This document shows positions 49,573-60,118 of a stretch of DNA of 64,000 bases, one piece after another. How positions within the stretch are numbered: position 1 is the first letter of the stretch; every line of letters starts with the position of its first letter. The stretch comes from Cyanophyceae cyanobacterium. GTDB taxonomy: Bacteria; Cyanobacteriota; Cyanobacteriia; Cyanobacteriales; Laspinemataceae. The notes under the pieces are model-generated. The model was not told where the DNA came from, did not search any database, and was given only the letters and a program-made list of their open reading frames with translations. The position numbers were made by a program, and so were the translations under genes. The DNA is taken from positions 1 through 64,000 of the forward strand of contig JBBQFN010000010.1 of the NCBI GenBank assembly GCA_038321985.1. Direction: 5' to 3'.

Positions 49573-52056
49573 ATGCTTACTGAGTCTTCTCAACCCCCCA
49601 TACCGCCACCCATGAACCCTCTTCCCTTGAGACGCCAGATGATCCAATCCTTGGGGAAATTTCGCCTCCACACCGTCTTAGTAGTTCCGTTTGTTATTCC
49701 CATCTTAGTTTCAACCGGATTAGTCGGGTGGCTGTCGTTTCGGAGTGGACAGCGATCGGTGAATGAACTCGCGAGTCAACTACGGGGAGAAATTGCGCTG
49801 CGGGTGAGAGAAGAGGTTGGGCGATATTTGGATCGGCCCCACTTGGTGCATCACCTCAACGCCCAGGTGTTTCGTCAAAATGGAATTGATTTAGAGGACC
49901 CAGAAGTGCTTCTGGAGTATTTTTGGGCGCAAAGTCGAGAGTTTTTGGACTTAGGGACGATCGCCTATGCCAATGATCAAGGGGAGTTTGTGGGGGTTAA
50001 CCCGTTAGAGAATTACCTAGTATTGTCTAATGATGAAACCGGCAGGAGTTTGCAACGCTATGCCGCAAGCGATCGAGGGGAACCGAGAGAATTGATCCGG
50101 GAACGTCCTAATTATGATGCGCGCACTCGATCTTGGTATCAAGCGGCAGTGACTGCGGGGAAGGCAACTTGGACAGAGATCGAAGCCAGTGCGATCGGGC
50201 AACGGCTTGATATTTCTGCCGTATATCCAGTTTATGACCGCGATCAAACTTTTCTGGGGGTACTGTTATGGGATATCCCCCTCTCAGGAATCAACCAATT
50301 TTTAGAAACCCTTAAGATTGGCAAAACCGGTGAAGCATTTATCGTTGAACGAAATGGTTTACTCGTTGCTACCTCCACGCAACAATCGACGTTGATCCCG
50401 GGACTCGATGGGGCCGAACCTCAGCGTCTCCCAGCAGCACAGAGTCAGAATCCTCAACTCAATGCATCTCTGAATGAGTTAATCACTGAGTTCGGATCTT
50501 TGAATAATATTAAGCAATCTCAGAGTGTGGAATTTTCCCGGGAAGGCGCACGTTACTTTTTGCAAGTCATGCCTTTTCAAGACGATCGCGGGATCGATTG
50601 GCTGATTTTAGTAGCCATACCGGAAGCGGATTTCATGGAGGAAATTCATCAGAATACTCAGCGAACGGTGTTTCTATGTTTGCTAGCCCTAATTCTCTCA
50701 GTTTCCTGTGGAATTGCGATCGCCCAATGGATTTTGCGGCCTATTCTTCGGGTTACGCGATCGTCGGAAGAAATCGCCAACGGCCAACTTGATCGCCAAG
50801 TTTATGCCCGAGGGATTATTGAACTCGAAACACTGGCCGACTCGTTTAACCGGATGGTGGTTCAGCTTAAAGCCTCATTTAACGCTTTAGAACAGGCCAA
50901 TCATGAGCTGGTCCTTCACCAAGAAGAATTAGCCTTATCTAAAGAACAGCTTGAGGCAGTTTTAAATGCGGTTCCCGGTTCGATTTCTTGGATTAATTCT
51001 AGTGGCACTTATCTGGGAGCTAACCGTTATCTAGCCGAAAGTCTCAATTTATCCCCCGAAGAAATAATCGGTAAACAAATTGGTTTTGCCCAAAACAGTC
51101 ACGAATATGCTGATTTTATAAAGAAGTTTTTAACAAGCTCCGACCAGTCTGCTTCCCAGGAGATTTCTATCCAGATCAATGGAAAGACCCGCTATTATTT
51201 AATGGTGGTTCAGAAGTATCAACAAGCCACAGCAACGGTTTCTGTGGGTATTGATATTAGCGAATGGCGGTATGCTCAAGAAGAAAGTGAAAAGTTGAAA
51301 TCCGAAAATATTCGGATGAGCGCCGAACTGGAAGTCACCCAACAACTCCAAAGAATGCTGTTACCAAAACTGGAGGAGTTAGCCGCCCTGGATGGGTTAG
51401 AAATTGCAGCATTTATGGAAAGTGCAGAGGAAGTGGGCGGGGATTATTACGACGTTCTTAATTATGAGGGAGTAGTAACGATCGCAATCGGTGATGTTAC
51501 CGGACATGGACTCGAAAGCGGTATCCTCATGGTCATGACCCAAACTGCGGTCCGTACCCTCACCGAGAGTGGAGAAGTGGACCCCGTGAGGTTTTTAGAT
51601 ACCCTTAATCGCACGATTTACAACAATGTGCAGCGGATGAATACGGATAAAAATCTCACTTTAGCTATGTTAAACTATAGTCAGGGTCAAGTGAGTATCA
51701 GCGGACAACATGAGGAAATTATTGTCGTTCGTGCGGATGGAACCATTGAGCGGGTGGATACAATGGATCTAGGGTTACCCATCGGGTTAGATGAAGACAT
51801 TGCTCAGTTTATTGATCATATTTCTATTGAACTGAAATCAGGAGATGGCTTAGTGGTTTACACCGATGGAATTACTGAAGCAAAAAACCGACAAAAGCAA
51901 CGATATGGAGTGCAACATCTGTGTGATATCATCAGTCAAAATTGGCAAAAGCCCGTTGGCGAGATTCAACAAGAGGTGATTGAAGATGTCCGGGAGTACA
52001 TCGACGGTCAAAAATTATTAGACGATATGACCTTGGTGGTCATCAAGCAAAAATAG
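49573..52056 (+). CDS. Membrane Cache-HAMP-PAS-SpoIIE (PP2C) Ser/Thr phosphatase
   Basis: TM, YDARTRSWY (dCache), HAMP, VGGDYYD, IGDVTGHG, YTDGITEA, DDMTLVV. Confidence 0.92.
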   Translation: MLTESSQPPIPPPMNPLPLRRQMIQSLGKFRLHTVLVVPFVIPILVSTGLVGWLSFRSGQRSVNELASQLRGEIALRVREEVGRYLDRPHLVHHLNAQVFRQNGIDLEDPEVLLEYFWAQSREFLDLGTIAYANDQGEFVGVNPLENYLVLSNDETGRSLQRYAASDRGEPRELIRERPNYDARTRSWYQAAVTAGKATWTEIEASAIGQRLDISAVYPVYDRDQTFLGVLLWDIPLSGINQFLETLKIGKTGEAFIVERNGLLVATSTQQSTLIPGLDGAEPQRLPAAQSQNPQLNASLNELITEFGSLNNIKQSQSVEFSREGARYFLQVMPFQDDRGIDWLILVAIPEADFMEEIHQNTQRTVFLCLLALILSVSCGIAIAQWILRPILRVTRSSEEIANGQLDRQVYARGIIELETLADSFNRMVVQLKASFNALEQANHELVLHQEELALSKEQLEAVLNAVPGSISWINSSGTYLGANRYLAESLNLSPEEIIGKQIGFAQNSHEYADFIKKFLTSSDQSASQEISIQINGKTRYYLMVVQKYQQATATVSVGIDISEWRYAQEESEKLKSENIRMSAELEVTQQLQRMLLPKLEELAALDGLEIAAFMESAEEVGGDYYDVLNYEGVVTIAIGDVTGHGLESGILMVMTQTAVRTLTESGEVDPVRFLDTLNRTIYNNVQRMNTDKNLTLAMLNYSQGQVSISGQHEEIIVVRADGTIERVDTMDLGLPIGLDEDIAQFIDHISIELKSGDGLVVYTDGITEAKNRQKQRYGVQHLCDIISQNWQKPVGEIQQEVIEDVREYIDGQKLLDDMTLVVIKQK

Positions 52057-52079
52057 GGGAGAAAGGAGTCAGGACTGTT

Positions 52080-52670
52080 ATGTGTGAAATATTTGGAGAG
52101 TATCTTGATGATTTACCTCCCGGCCATGATTATTTAGACATTGGCTTTTCCGCTAATTCTCGCCCCATTAAAGACCGCTGGAGAAATAATTTACTATCGG
52201 CTTATTTTGTGGCCGATTATTTGTCTACTTTTTTGCCCATTGATGATAAGGACCCCCAGGGTAAACGCCGCAAAGAAGACTACAAGGGTTCAGTGAGCTA
52301 TATTGCCAATGAACTGTTAGAAAATACTATGAAGTTTCATAGTCCCTCTGATGAATATCCGGTCAGATTTGGGATTCATTTTTTAGAAGTTCCGGAGATA
52401 AAAATTGTTTTGATGTCTAGAAATACTGTAACCTTGGAAACAGGCGATCGCTTTAAAGCCTTTATTCAGGAACTGCTATCCTCAGACCCCCAAGACTTAT
52501 ACTTGCTGCATCTGGAACAGAATGCGGAAGAGGAAAACAGTCAAAAATCAGGGTTGGGATTTCTAACCATGATTAATGACTACTCCGCCAAGCTAGGCTG
52601 GAAATTCGAGACTATCTCGGATAATCCTGTGCTCATTTTGGCAACGACTCTAGTCCAAATTCCTTTATAA
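52080..52670 (+). CDS. Slr1658-like GHKL/anti-sigma-type regulator
   Basis: RWRNN.LSA.F.ADY, IANELLENTMKF (N-box), SGLGFLTMINDY. Confidence 0.7.
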   Translation: MCEIFGEYLDDLPPGHDYLDIGFSANSRPIKDRWRNNLLSAYFVADYLSTFLPIDDKDPQGKRRKEDYKGSVSYIANELLENTMKFHSPSDEYPVRFGIHFLEVPEIKIVLMSRNTVTLETGDRFKAFIQELLSSDPQDLYLLHLEQNAEEENSQKSGLGFLTMINDYSAKLGWKFETISDNPVLILATTLVQIPL

Positions 52671-52750
52671 ATTTAAGAAGGGGTTTAAATAGTGACGAAT
52701 CGAGTTGAGGTAAACTTTAAGCAGAGGACCTGCTTGGGAGGCAGCAGAAG

Positions 52751-53104
52751 ATGAATTTTCAAGAAATCAACGGTGAAGACTACAGCGTACAATACCTTCC
52801 CGAATCGGCAACGGTTAAAATTCAAGGGGAATTGAGCCTCACAGGTTCAGCAGATTATGCTCCGATCGCCCAGTTACTCAACGAGATTGCTGAACTGAAT
52901 CCACCCACTATCACCCTAGACCTAAAACAGCTAGAGTTTCTGAATAGTTCGGGGATTAGTATGCTTTCTAAGTTTGCGATCGCCATGCGAAAAAAGCAAA
53001 CGATTCAACTCGCGGTAGTGGGTTCCGAGGAAATTTCCTGGCAACGAAAATCATTACAAAATTTTATCAAACTTTATCCTAATTTACAATTAACCCTAGA
53101 ATAA
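52751..53104 (+). CDS. STAS-domain anti-sigma antagonist (Slr1659-like)
   Basis: LDLKQLEFLNSSGI with the phosphorylatable Ser; WQRKSL.N. Confidence 0.8.
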   Translation: MNFQEINGEDYSVQYLPESATVKIQGELSLTGSADYAPIAQLLNEIAELNPPTITLDLKQLEFLNSSGISMLSKFAIAMRKKQTIQLAVVGSEEISWQRKSLQNFIKLYPNLQLTLE

Positions 53105-53194
53105 ACTCAATTCTTTCTTAGAAAAATACCCTCTACCTCCAGCCTAGGTCTACCTTACTAAACTCTATCTATGGGGGTTAATTTAAGTTAAGGA

Positions 53195-53259
53195 GTAGGG
53201 CGCATCAGACCGATAAATTCTTGCTAAAAGCCCTCCTTTAATTATCTGACGCACCCTAC
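53195..53259. repeat. GTAG-flanked inverted repeat (REPIN-like) between convergent genes
   Basis: GTAGGGCGCATCAGA ... TCTGACGCACCCTAC. Confidence 0.65.
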
Positions 53260-53271
53260 GGCTACACCGAG

Positions 53272-55866
53272 TTAGTTAGTTTTTGCTTCTAAATGTTCCA
53301 ACCGACTGCGTAACTCCTGGTTTTCTTTCTTAATCTGGTCGAGTTCTTGGCGTAACTGCTTAACCGCTTTGTCGGACCCGATATTTTTCTGAACCTTAGA
53401 AATTGCCTCTTCTGCAACTCGACGGACTCGCCCATCGGGGGTACTATCCGCTAAACTTTGTAAAATCCCCATTGCTTTGGGCGTTTCCATTTGTCCCAGT
53501 GCAGAAGCTACCGCGACTTGGGTCAGGAAAAAGGTTTCAGCCGATAAGTCGCCGAGGCGGTCCAAAATTCGCTCTAAGTTGCCCGGGGTTTGGCCCGTAG
53601 AAATGCCACCTAAAGCGCGAATTGAGGCTAATCGCAGGGGTTGGGGGACACCGTTGGCGGTATAGTTCAGAATGATATTCAAGGCGTCTTCGGAGGTTTT
53701 GAGCTTACTCAATCCGGAAATTGCCCCACTGCGAACGACTTCATTCCATCCCGCACGTTCATTGAGTACCCGTTGCAAGTGAGCGATCGCATCCCCTTCT
53801 TGCATCGGTTCCGTCCCTTTTCCACTACAGATAGAGGCGACTGCTCTTGTCGCGGCCGCTTCAACATTGTAACTGGCATCTCCCTGTTCGATCACCTGGG
53901 CGATCGCCTGATAGCTTTCTGGGGTTTTGTGGTGTGCCAATGTCTCTACCACCGCACAGCGCACCCGCGCATCTTCATCCTCTAATCCGACTACTAACTG
54001 CTCAAATCCTTGGTCTAATTTAATCTTTCCAAGTTGTTTGGCAACCTCTAGGCGCACTCCCCAGAATCGATCAGTTTTCAAGGCTGAACCGAGGGCTTTA
54101 AGCGTTTCTAATCCCCCTTTTTTCGCCAAGGCGATCGCCGCATAAATCCGCGAAACTGGGTCCGGGTCATGCTGCAACTGGGCTTTCAATTCCCCAATAG
54201 GATATTCTAACTGCACCGTTTTGAGGGTGGCATTTCCCACATCAAAACTGATATAACTTGGCTTTTCTGCTAAGGCGAAGTAGAAACTCTGATCACGCTG
54301 ATTCACTCGAACTGTAAAGATTTTGAGCGCTTCTCCACTCTTATATCCAAATCCAATCGGAATTTTTAGATCAAATAACTCCTTGTCATTCCCTTTTTCA
54401 CCCGTGGTTTTGACATGGCTTTGGGTGATGGTGACTTTGGCGAGTTTGCTGTCTCCATCCCAATTGTAAGCAACTTTATAATCGGGATGACCGCCGCGAT
54501 ACACATATTGGTCAAACAAGAACATCAAATTTCGACCCGTTGCCTTTTCAATGGCCCGTAACAGGTCTATCGTTTCTACAGTTTTATGGGCATTATCGTT
54601 AACAAAAGTATGAACCGCTTTAAAAAACAATTCATCCCCTAACTCCGCCCGAATCATGTGATAAACACAAGCGCCTTTTTCATACAGGTGGCGATCGTAG
54701 AGTTCGATCGCCTCCCGATAAACATGAGTGACAATGGGTCGCCGATAGCGGGTTTTGTCTTCATTCAAATAGCTACGCGCTTCATTCAGCAAATAATAAG
54801 CCGCATCTTCTGCGCCATATTCTTCATCGGTCCACAATACCTCGGCATAAGAGGCCATCCCTTCTTTAATCCAGGCATGAGACCAATGCTTAATTACCAC
54901 TAAATCCCCAAACCATTGGTGGGCGAGTTCGTGGGCGACTAAACTTTCGGTGCGTTGGTTATCCAACAGGGCGCGCTCATCCAACAAACAGCGATCGGTT
55001 AGTAGGGTTGTAGAAGTATTTTCCATCCCACCAAAGATAAAATCTTCTACACACACTTGGGCGTATTTGGGATAAGGATAAGCATAGCCAAAGGTCTTAC
55101 TAAAATATTCAATCATGCGCGGCGTTTTGCCCATACTGCGGCGGGCATCTTCTTCGCGACCTTTTTCCACATAATAGACGACGGGTTTGCCATTCCATTC
55201 GTCGCAAATTTCAGCAAAATCGCCGACTGCTAAGGTCATTAAATAGGTGGGATGCACCTGTTTTTGTAACCAGTGATAAATTTTATCGCTACCTTCTTCT
55301 TCAGTAGAAACCAGTTCTCCATTGGAAATTGCGAGGTAGGGTTTGGGAACCCGAACTCGGATTTCTGAGGTGGCGAGTTGTCCAGGATAGTCGAAGCAGG
55401 GGAACCAGAAGCGGGAGTCTTCATCCTCGCCTTGGGTCCAAACTTGGACGGATTTGTTCGGATAATGGACGTCTGGGGCGATAAAATAGATGCCACGCTG
55501 AGGCTGTTCGACGCTGTAGGCGACTTCCAGGGTGAGGGGTTTTTCCGCTTCCGTGGGTTGGGTCAGGTGAATCTCTAACCGTTCGCCGTCATAATCAAAG
55601 GGTTGGGGGGTACCGCTGATGTTGACGTCCTGAATATTCAAGTTCACCGCGTCTAACGTCAGGCGATCAATGCCGCTTCTAACGGGCATCAGTCGAATGC
55701 TGCAAGTCCCTTGATAGCTTTGATGAGCCAGATCAAGGGCTAAATCTAAAAAGATATGTTCGACTTGTCCCGGGCGATCAGGGTTGTAATGGGGTTTGGC
55801 CCCCGGAAGCTCAAAGGTTTTAGGACCGTTGTTTTCTGTATCAAAATAAGAGTATTGGTTTGACAT
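53272..55866 (-). CDS. pepN: M1-family aminopeptidase N with C-terminal HEAT repeats
   Basis: GGMEN, HELAHQWFG...W.KEG (HExxH-18-E), YEKG, HEAT-like helices, terminal coiled coil. Confidence 0.92.
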   Translation of the reverse strand: MSNQYSYFDTENNGPKTFELPGAKPHYNPDRPGQVEHIFLDLALDLAHQSYQGTCSIRLMPVRSGIDRLTLDAVNLNIQDVNISGTPQPFDYDGERLEIHLTQPTEAEKPLTLEVAYSVEQPQRGIYFIAPDVHYPNKSVQVWTQGEDEDSRFWFPCFDYPGQLATSEIRVRVPKPYLAISNGELVSTEEEGSDKIYHWLQKQVHPTYLMTLAVGDFAEICDEWNGKPVVYYVEKGREEDARRSMGKTPRMIEYFSKTFGYAYPYPKYAQVCVEDFIFGGMENTSTTLLTDRCLLDERALLDNQRTESLVAHELAHQWFGDLVVIKHWSHAWIKEGMASYAEVLWTDEEYGAEDAAYYLLNEARSYLNEDKTRYRRPIVTHVYREAIELYDRHLYEKGACVYHMIRAELGDELFFKAVHTFVNDNAHKTVETIDLLRAIEKATGRNLMFLFDQYVYRGGHPDYKVAYNWDGDSKLAKVTITQSHVKTTGEKGNDKELFDLKIPIGFGYKSGEALKIFTVRVNQRDQSFYFALAEKPSYISFDVGNATLKTVQLEYPIGELKAQLQHDPDPVSRIYAAIALAKKGGLETLKALGSALKTDRFWGVRLEVAKQLGKIKLDQGFEQLVVGLEDEDARVRCAVVETLAHHKTPESYQAIAQVIEQGDASYNVEAAATRAVASICSGKGTEPMQEGDAIAHLQRVLNERAGWNEVVRSGAISGLSKLKTSEDALNIILNYTANGVPQPLRLASIRALGGISTGQTPGNLERILDRLGDLSAETFFLTQVAVASALGQMETPKAMGILQSLADSTPDGRVRRVAEEAISKVQKNIGSDKAVKQLRQELDQIKKENQELRSRLEHLEAKTN

Positions 55867-56096
55867 GGTGATGAATCTATCTATCTGTAAGACTGAATGT
55901 ACAGCTCTTGACCTGATGAACGCTTATGTTATACAGGGTAACGCTTTGCCACGGCGATCACCACTCGGGATTACAGCCGGGGTAAGGGTCTGGCTATTTT
56001 AAAATAGAGGTAGTGCCTCCATTGCAGCTTCTAGAAGCAATGTCCGGTTTTTGCGCCGCTGGGCGTGGGTTGGGAATAGAGGGTTAAGAATTGAGA

Positions 56097-57104
56097 ATGA
56101 GCAAGTTAATCCGGGATTTAGAGTTCAACGATAGCACAGACTGGGTGTTGGGGATTGATGGCGGGGGGACGAAGACGGTTTGCCTGGTGATGAATGAAAC
56201 AGGAACGATCGCCGGACGGGGAGAGGCAGGGCCATCGAATTATCAGACGATTGGGTTGGCGGCGGCGGCAGGGTCGATCTCACAGGCGATCGCCTCAGCG
56301 GTGAGTTCGCTTCCCAATGTGGCGATCGCCGGAATCGGGGTGGGATTGGCAGGGGTTGGACGTTCCCAGGATGTCCAAGTGGTGCAAGGGTTGGTGGCAG
56401 ATTTACACCAAGACAGTCGCCTCCCGATTCGATGGAATCTGGGTTCTGAGGGGGTGGTAGTCACTCATGACTGTGCGATCGCCTTGGTAGGTGGAACGGG
56501 ATCGGCGTCTGGGGTGGCGATCGTTGCCGGTACGGGTTCGATCGCCTATGGTTGCAACCGCCAGGGAGAGAGTAAACGCGCCGGAGGGTGGGGGTATCTA
56601 TTTGGAGACGAAGGGAGTGGGTATCAAATTGCGATCGCCGGTTTACGAGCAGCCGCGCAGTCCCACGACGGTCGAGGACCCAGCACTTTACTTACCCATT
56701 CTTTCCTAGAATATCTCCATCTTAACCAGTTAGAAGAGCTCATCGAAGTTATCTATCGCCGGGGGTGGGGGGTGAAAGAAATTGCTGCCTTATCTCCTCT
56801 GGTTGATCGCGCTGCTGCTGCTGGGGATGCGATCGCCAACCAGATTCTGGATCAAGCCGCTGCCGAGTTAGTCCTCACCACCCAAACCGTTGCCTCGGCC
56901 CTATTTGCCCCGGATCAGGCATTTGAAGTGGTCACCATTGGCGGAGTTTGGCGGAGTGTTGCCAATCTGCGCGATCGCTTTTGTGAGTCTCTTTGCAGCC
57001 AATTTCCCGCCGTTCAAGTCATTTCCCCTCGCCATGAACCCGCTTATGGTGCCGGTTTGTTGGTGCTTGATCGTCTCCACAAGCGGGTATTCCCGAACGG
57101 GTAA
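56097..57104 (+). CDS. BadF/BadG/BcrA/BcrD-type N-acetylglucosamine kinase
   Basis: LGIDGGGTKT, AGTGS, GGWGYLFGDEGSG. Confidence 0.88.
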   Translation: MSKLIRDLEFNDSTDWVLGIDGGGTKTVCLVMNETGTIAGRGEAGPSNYQTIGLAAAAGSISQAIASAVSSLPNVAIAGIGVGLAGVGRSQDVQVVQGLVADLHQDSRLPIRWNLGSEGVVVTHDCAIALVGGTGSASGVAIVAGTGSIAYGCNRQGESKRAGGWGYLFGDEGSGYQIAIAGLRAAAQSHDGRGPSTLLTHSFLEYLHLNQLEELIEVIYRRGWGVKEIAALSPLVDRAAAAGDAIANQILDQAAAELVLTTQTVASALFAPDQAFEVVTIGGVWRSVANLRDRFCESLCSQFPAVQVISPRHEPAYGAGLLVLDRLHKRVFPNG

Positions 57105-57467
57105 TTTAACAGGGTCTTAGAAAGAAATTTTAAAGTAGTCTATGGGCAAATTTGCCTTAATCGGTTGGGTCGTTTGTTAGGAGTAAATTATCATAAAATC
57201 TTGTAGCGATAAACCCTAAAATGCTAATTTCGCAAGCTATAGTTGCTGTAAAATTTACTTTGATCTAGCCATAGCAGTCGCCTGCTCATCTCATCAATAT
57301 TTTATCCCAGTTGGCCCAAGCTCGCCCCTCCTCCGGAATATCATTCCTTCAGACTAACCTTTAATTCTTAATTCAGAAAGTCGGGTCTAAATCGATACTC
57401 TGATGAATAAGACTGACTTAAATACCCCACTCCATGACTCCTTTGGAGATATTCCTACAGTATTTAA

Positions 57468-57503
57468 GCCCTCTCTAATTTGCAGATGAGAGGGCAGTTT
57501 TTT
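57468..57503 (+). terminator. Intrinsic terminator in a 510-bp intergenic region
   Basis: GCCCTCTC...GAGAGGGC followed by AGTTTTTT. Confidence 0.6.
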
Positions 57504-57614
57504 ACGCTACTCAATGCGCAGATCGTAAAGCCGATAATTCAACAGCGTCTACCCGCCAGAAAATTGGCCGGCCAATCTTGTTTAGAATGAGTTGCAAGAT
57601 ATTTCCCCGGAATC

Positions 57615-58562
57615 ATGGCAGAAACCAGCCCCTTAACCCCCCAAGAGACCTCTGATGGGTCTTTTACATTTTATTCACCGGAATTTGGCGAACTGTTTCA
57701 CTCGTACCACGGGGCGCGGCAGGAGGCCCAGTGTAAATTTGTAAAACCTACGGAGTTAGCCTTGCAAGCCCAAAAACCAGTGGTGCGGTTGCTTGACTTG
57801 TGCTATGGATTGGGATATAATACTGCATCAGCATTAGAGACAATTTGGTTAATTAATCCAACTTGTTGTGTGGAGTGGATCGGATTGGAATTGGATGCGA
57901 CCATCCCACAAGCAGCGATCGCCCAAGGGTTGTTACAAAGCTGGCGATCGCCCATTCCCGAACTTCTAGGTGAACTGGTTAGAGAAGAGAAAGACACTGG
58001 ATCTAGTCTCTCGGGGTTCCCTTCTTCAGTCTTGAGGTTGCACGGAAACTCCATGGTTTCACGCACTCTGAATACCCCGCAGTTCCAGGCTGGGTTATGG
58101 ATAGGAGATGCCCGACAAACCATTCAACTGGTCGTCAATCAGGGGTTTCAAGCCGATGCTATATTTCTAGACCCCTTTTCACCTCCCAATTGTCCGCAAC
58201 TGTGGACAGTGGAATTTTTAGGATGGGTGGCGCAGTGTCTGAGTCCGACGGGGAGATTGGCGACTTATTCTTGTGCTGCCGCCGTCAGAACGGCATTAAT
58301 GGCAGCCGGATTAAAAATAGGGGCCACTGCGCCGGTGGGGAGGCGATCGCCGGGAACGGTAGCGAGTTATGGCGATTTCGATTTACCCCCACTCTCCAAG
58401 CAAGAACAGGAACATTTACAAACTCGGGCGGCGACTGCCTACCGGGACCCCAATCTGTCCGATTCAGCGGAGGAAATTCGGCAACGGCGTCAACAAGAGC
58501 AAGACTCCTCAAAGTTAGAACCCACCTCTAGTTGGAAAAAAAGATGGGCCAGTATTAGATAA
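57615..58562 (+). CDS. Stand-alone MnmC(MnmD)-like tRNA mnm5s2U34 methyltransferase
   Basis: T.DGS.T.YS.EFGE.FHS..GA..EA, LDLCYGLGYN, IFLDPFSP..CPQLW, LATYS.A..VR. Confidence 0.82.
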   Translation: MAETSPLTPQETSDGSFTFYSPEFGELFHSYHGARQEAQCKFVKPTELALQAQKPVVRLLDLCYGLGYNTASALETIWLINPTCCVEWIGLELDATIPQAAIAQGLLQSWRSPIPELLGELVREEKDTGSSLSGFPSSVLRLHGNSMVSRTLNTPQFQAGLWIGDARQTIQLVVNQGFQADAIFLDPFSPPNCPQLWTVEFLGWVAQCLSPTGRLATYSCAAAVRTALMAAGLKIGATAPVGRRSPGTVASYGDFDLPPLSKQEQEHLQTRAATAYRDPNLSDSAEEIRQRRQQEQDSSKLEPTSSWKKRWASIR

Positions 58563-58926
58563 AAAAAACCTGGAATCCCTACTCTTGAAGGGAATGGCGA
58601 TCGCAAAAAGGGCAGGCTCTTGTCTATTGTTACACTAATGTTACCCAACCAAGACACCCCTAAACCGGATCCTCTCCCTATCATCCATACGGTGATCCGG
58701 CTAAAATCTCATTCTGTGCAGTAGAATAAACTTTACATTTTGTAAAAAAAATGAGCTAGTGTGGAAAAACTCCTGCCTCCTTTATAAAGTCTTCATAAAA
58801 CCCAGGATTTTTTAAACAAGCACGGTCCAAATAATGTAAAGATGGTAAGAGATAGTACAAAAAGCGATTAATTTACTCAGTCGCTTGACGGAGCACTAGC
58901 TAATAGAAATACTCAGAGCAAGGTGT

Positions 58927-59994
58927 TTGTCTGTGAACTTCCTTGATGTAGAACAATCCAAAATTCTCGTCGTAGATGATCATCCAGCCAGCCGGATGAC
59001 GGCAGTGGCTCTTTTGTCCGTAGAAGGGTATGAAATTCTTGAAGCCGATAGCGGCCCTAGCGCACTCGCTTGCGTGAAAGAAACTCAACCCGATTTAATT
59101 CTGCTGGACGTAATGATGCCCGGAATGGATGGATTTGAGGTGTGCCGCAATCTGAAACAAGATGAGCAAACTCGCCTCATTCCCATCATTTTCGTGACTG
59201 CTCTAAATGATCGCCGATCGCGGATCCGGGGGATTGAAGCTGGAGGTGATGACTTCCTAACCAAACCCTTCGATCATCTAGAACTAACCGCGCGGGTTAA
59301 ATCCCTGGTCCGCCAAAAACGTCTTAACGAAGACCTAGACCACGCGGAACAGGTCCTCTTTTCCATCGCCCGGACGGTGGAAAGCCGAGATCCCAATACG
59401 GGAGATCACTGCGAACGCTTAGTCTCCCGGGGGCAGGCATTTGGGGAATTTCTCCATCTCTCGCGCAATGACATTCGCGATTTAATGTGGGGGGGATACC
59501 TTCATGATATCGGCAAAGTGGGTATTCCAGATGCCGTTCTCATGAAAATGGGTAAACTCACGGCCCAAGAATGGGAAATCATGAAACAGCACGTCGTGAT
59601 AGGGGAAAAAATTTGTTTACCCCTGAGAACCATGCGCGGCGTCCGTCCCCTAATTCGCCATCATCACGAACGGTGGGATGGTACTGGATACCCGGATGGG
59701 TTGATAGGGAATGAAATTCCCTACATCGCTCAAGTGTTTCAAGTCGTGGACATTTACGACGCCCTCACCAGCGAACGGCCCTATAAACAGGCGTTCACTT
59801 CCGAAAAAGCCCTAGAAATTATGGCGGAGGAAACGGCGAAGGGATGGCGTAACCCGCAACTGGTCGAACAATTTACGACTTTCATTCGGACAACGGAGAT
59901 GGGTCACCCGGCAAAGGCCCTCAATCACCTCCAATTATTTGATCCCGAGGAACCCGCCGCGATCGCCGGAAGTTGGCGTCTTGCTAATGGCTAG
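58927..59994 (+). CDS. REC + HD-GYP cyclic di-GMP phosphodiesterase (RpfG-like)
   Basis: ILVVDD, LLDVMMP, LHDIGKVGIPD, HHERWDGTGYPDGL, DIYDALTSERPYK. Confidence 0.93.
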   Translation: MSVNFLDVEQSKILVVDDHPASRMTAVALLSVEGYEILEADSGPSALACVKETQPDLILLDVMMPGMDGFEVCRNLKQDEQTRLIPIIFVTALNDRRSRIRGIEAGGDDFLTKPFDHLELTARVKSLVRQKRLNEDLDHAEQVLFSIARTVESRDPNTGDHCERLVSRGQAFGEFLHLSRNDIRDLMWGGYLHDIGKVGIPDAVLMKMGKLTAQEWEIMKQHVVIGEKICLPLRTMRGVRPLIRHHHERWDGTGYPDGLIGNEIPYIAQVFQVVDIYDALTSERPYKQAFTSEKALEIMAEETAKGWRNPQLVEQFTTFIRTTEMGHPAKALNHLQLFDPEEPAAIAGSWRLANG

Positions 59995-60118
59995 GCCCCG
60001 GATTTTTCCGGGGCGATCGCCCTGAACTGAAGCGTTCAAGATATCATTTTTGGATGAGATTGCTTCAATGGCGCAGAAACCGCGATATACTCCGGTGAGA
60101 ATAACGGGCTGAAAGAAA

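Noticed and set aside
58845..58858. NtcA box GTA-N8-TAC upstream of the HD-GYP gene
   Set aside because: Exact spacing, but no -10 element about 22 nt downstream, and a 6-bp motif is expected by chance many times in 64 kb
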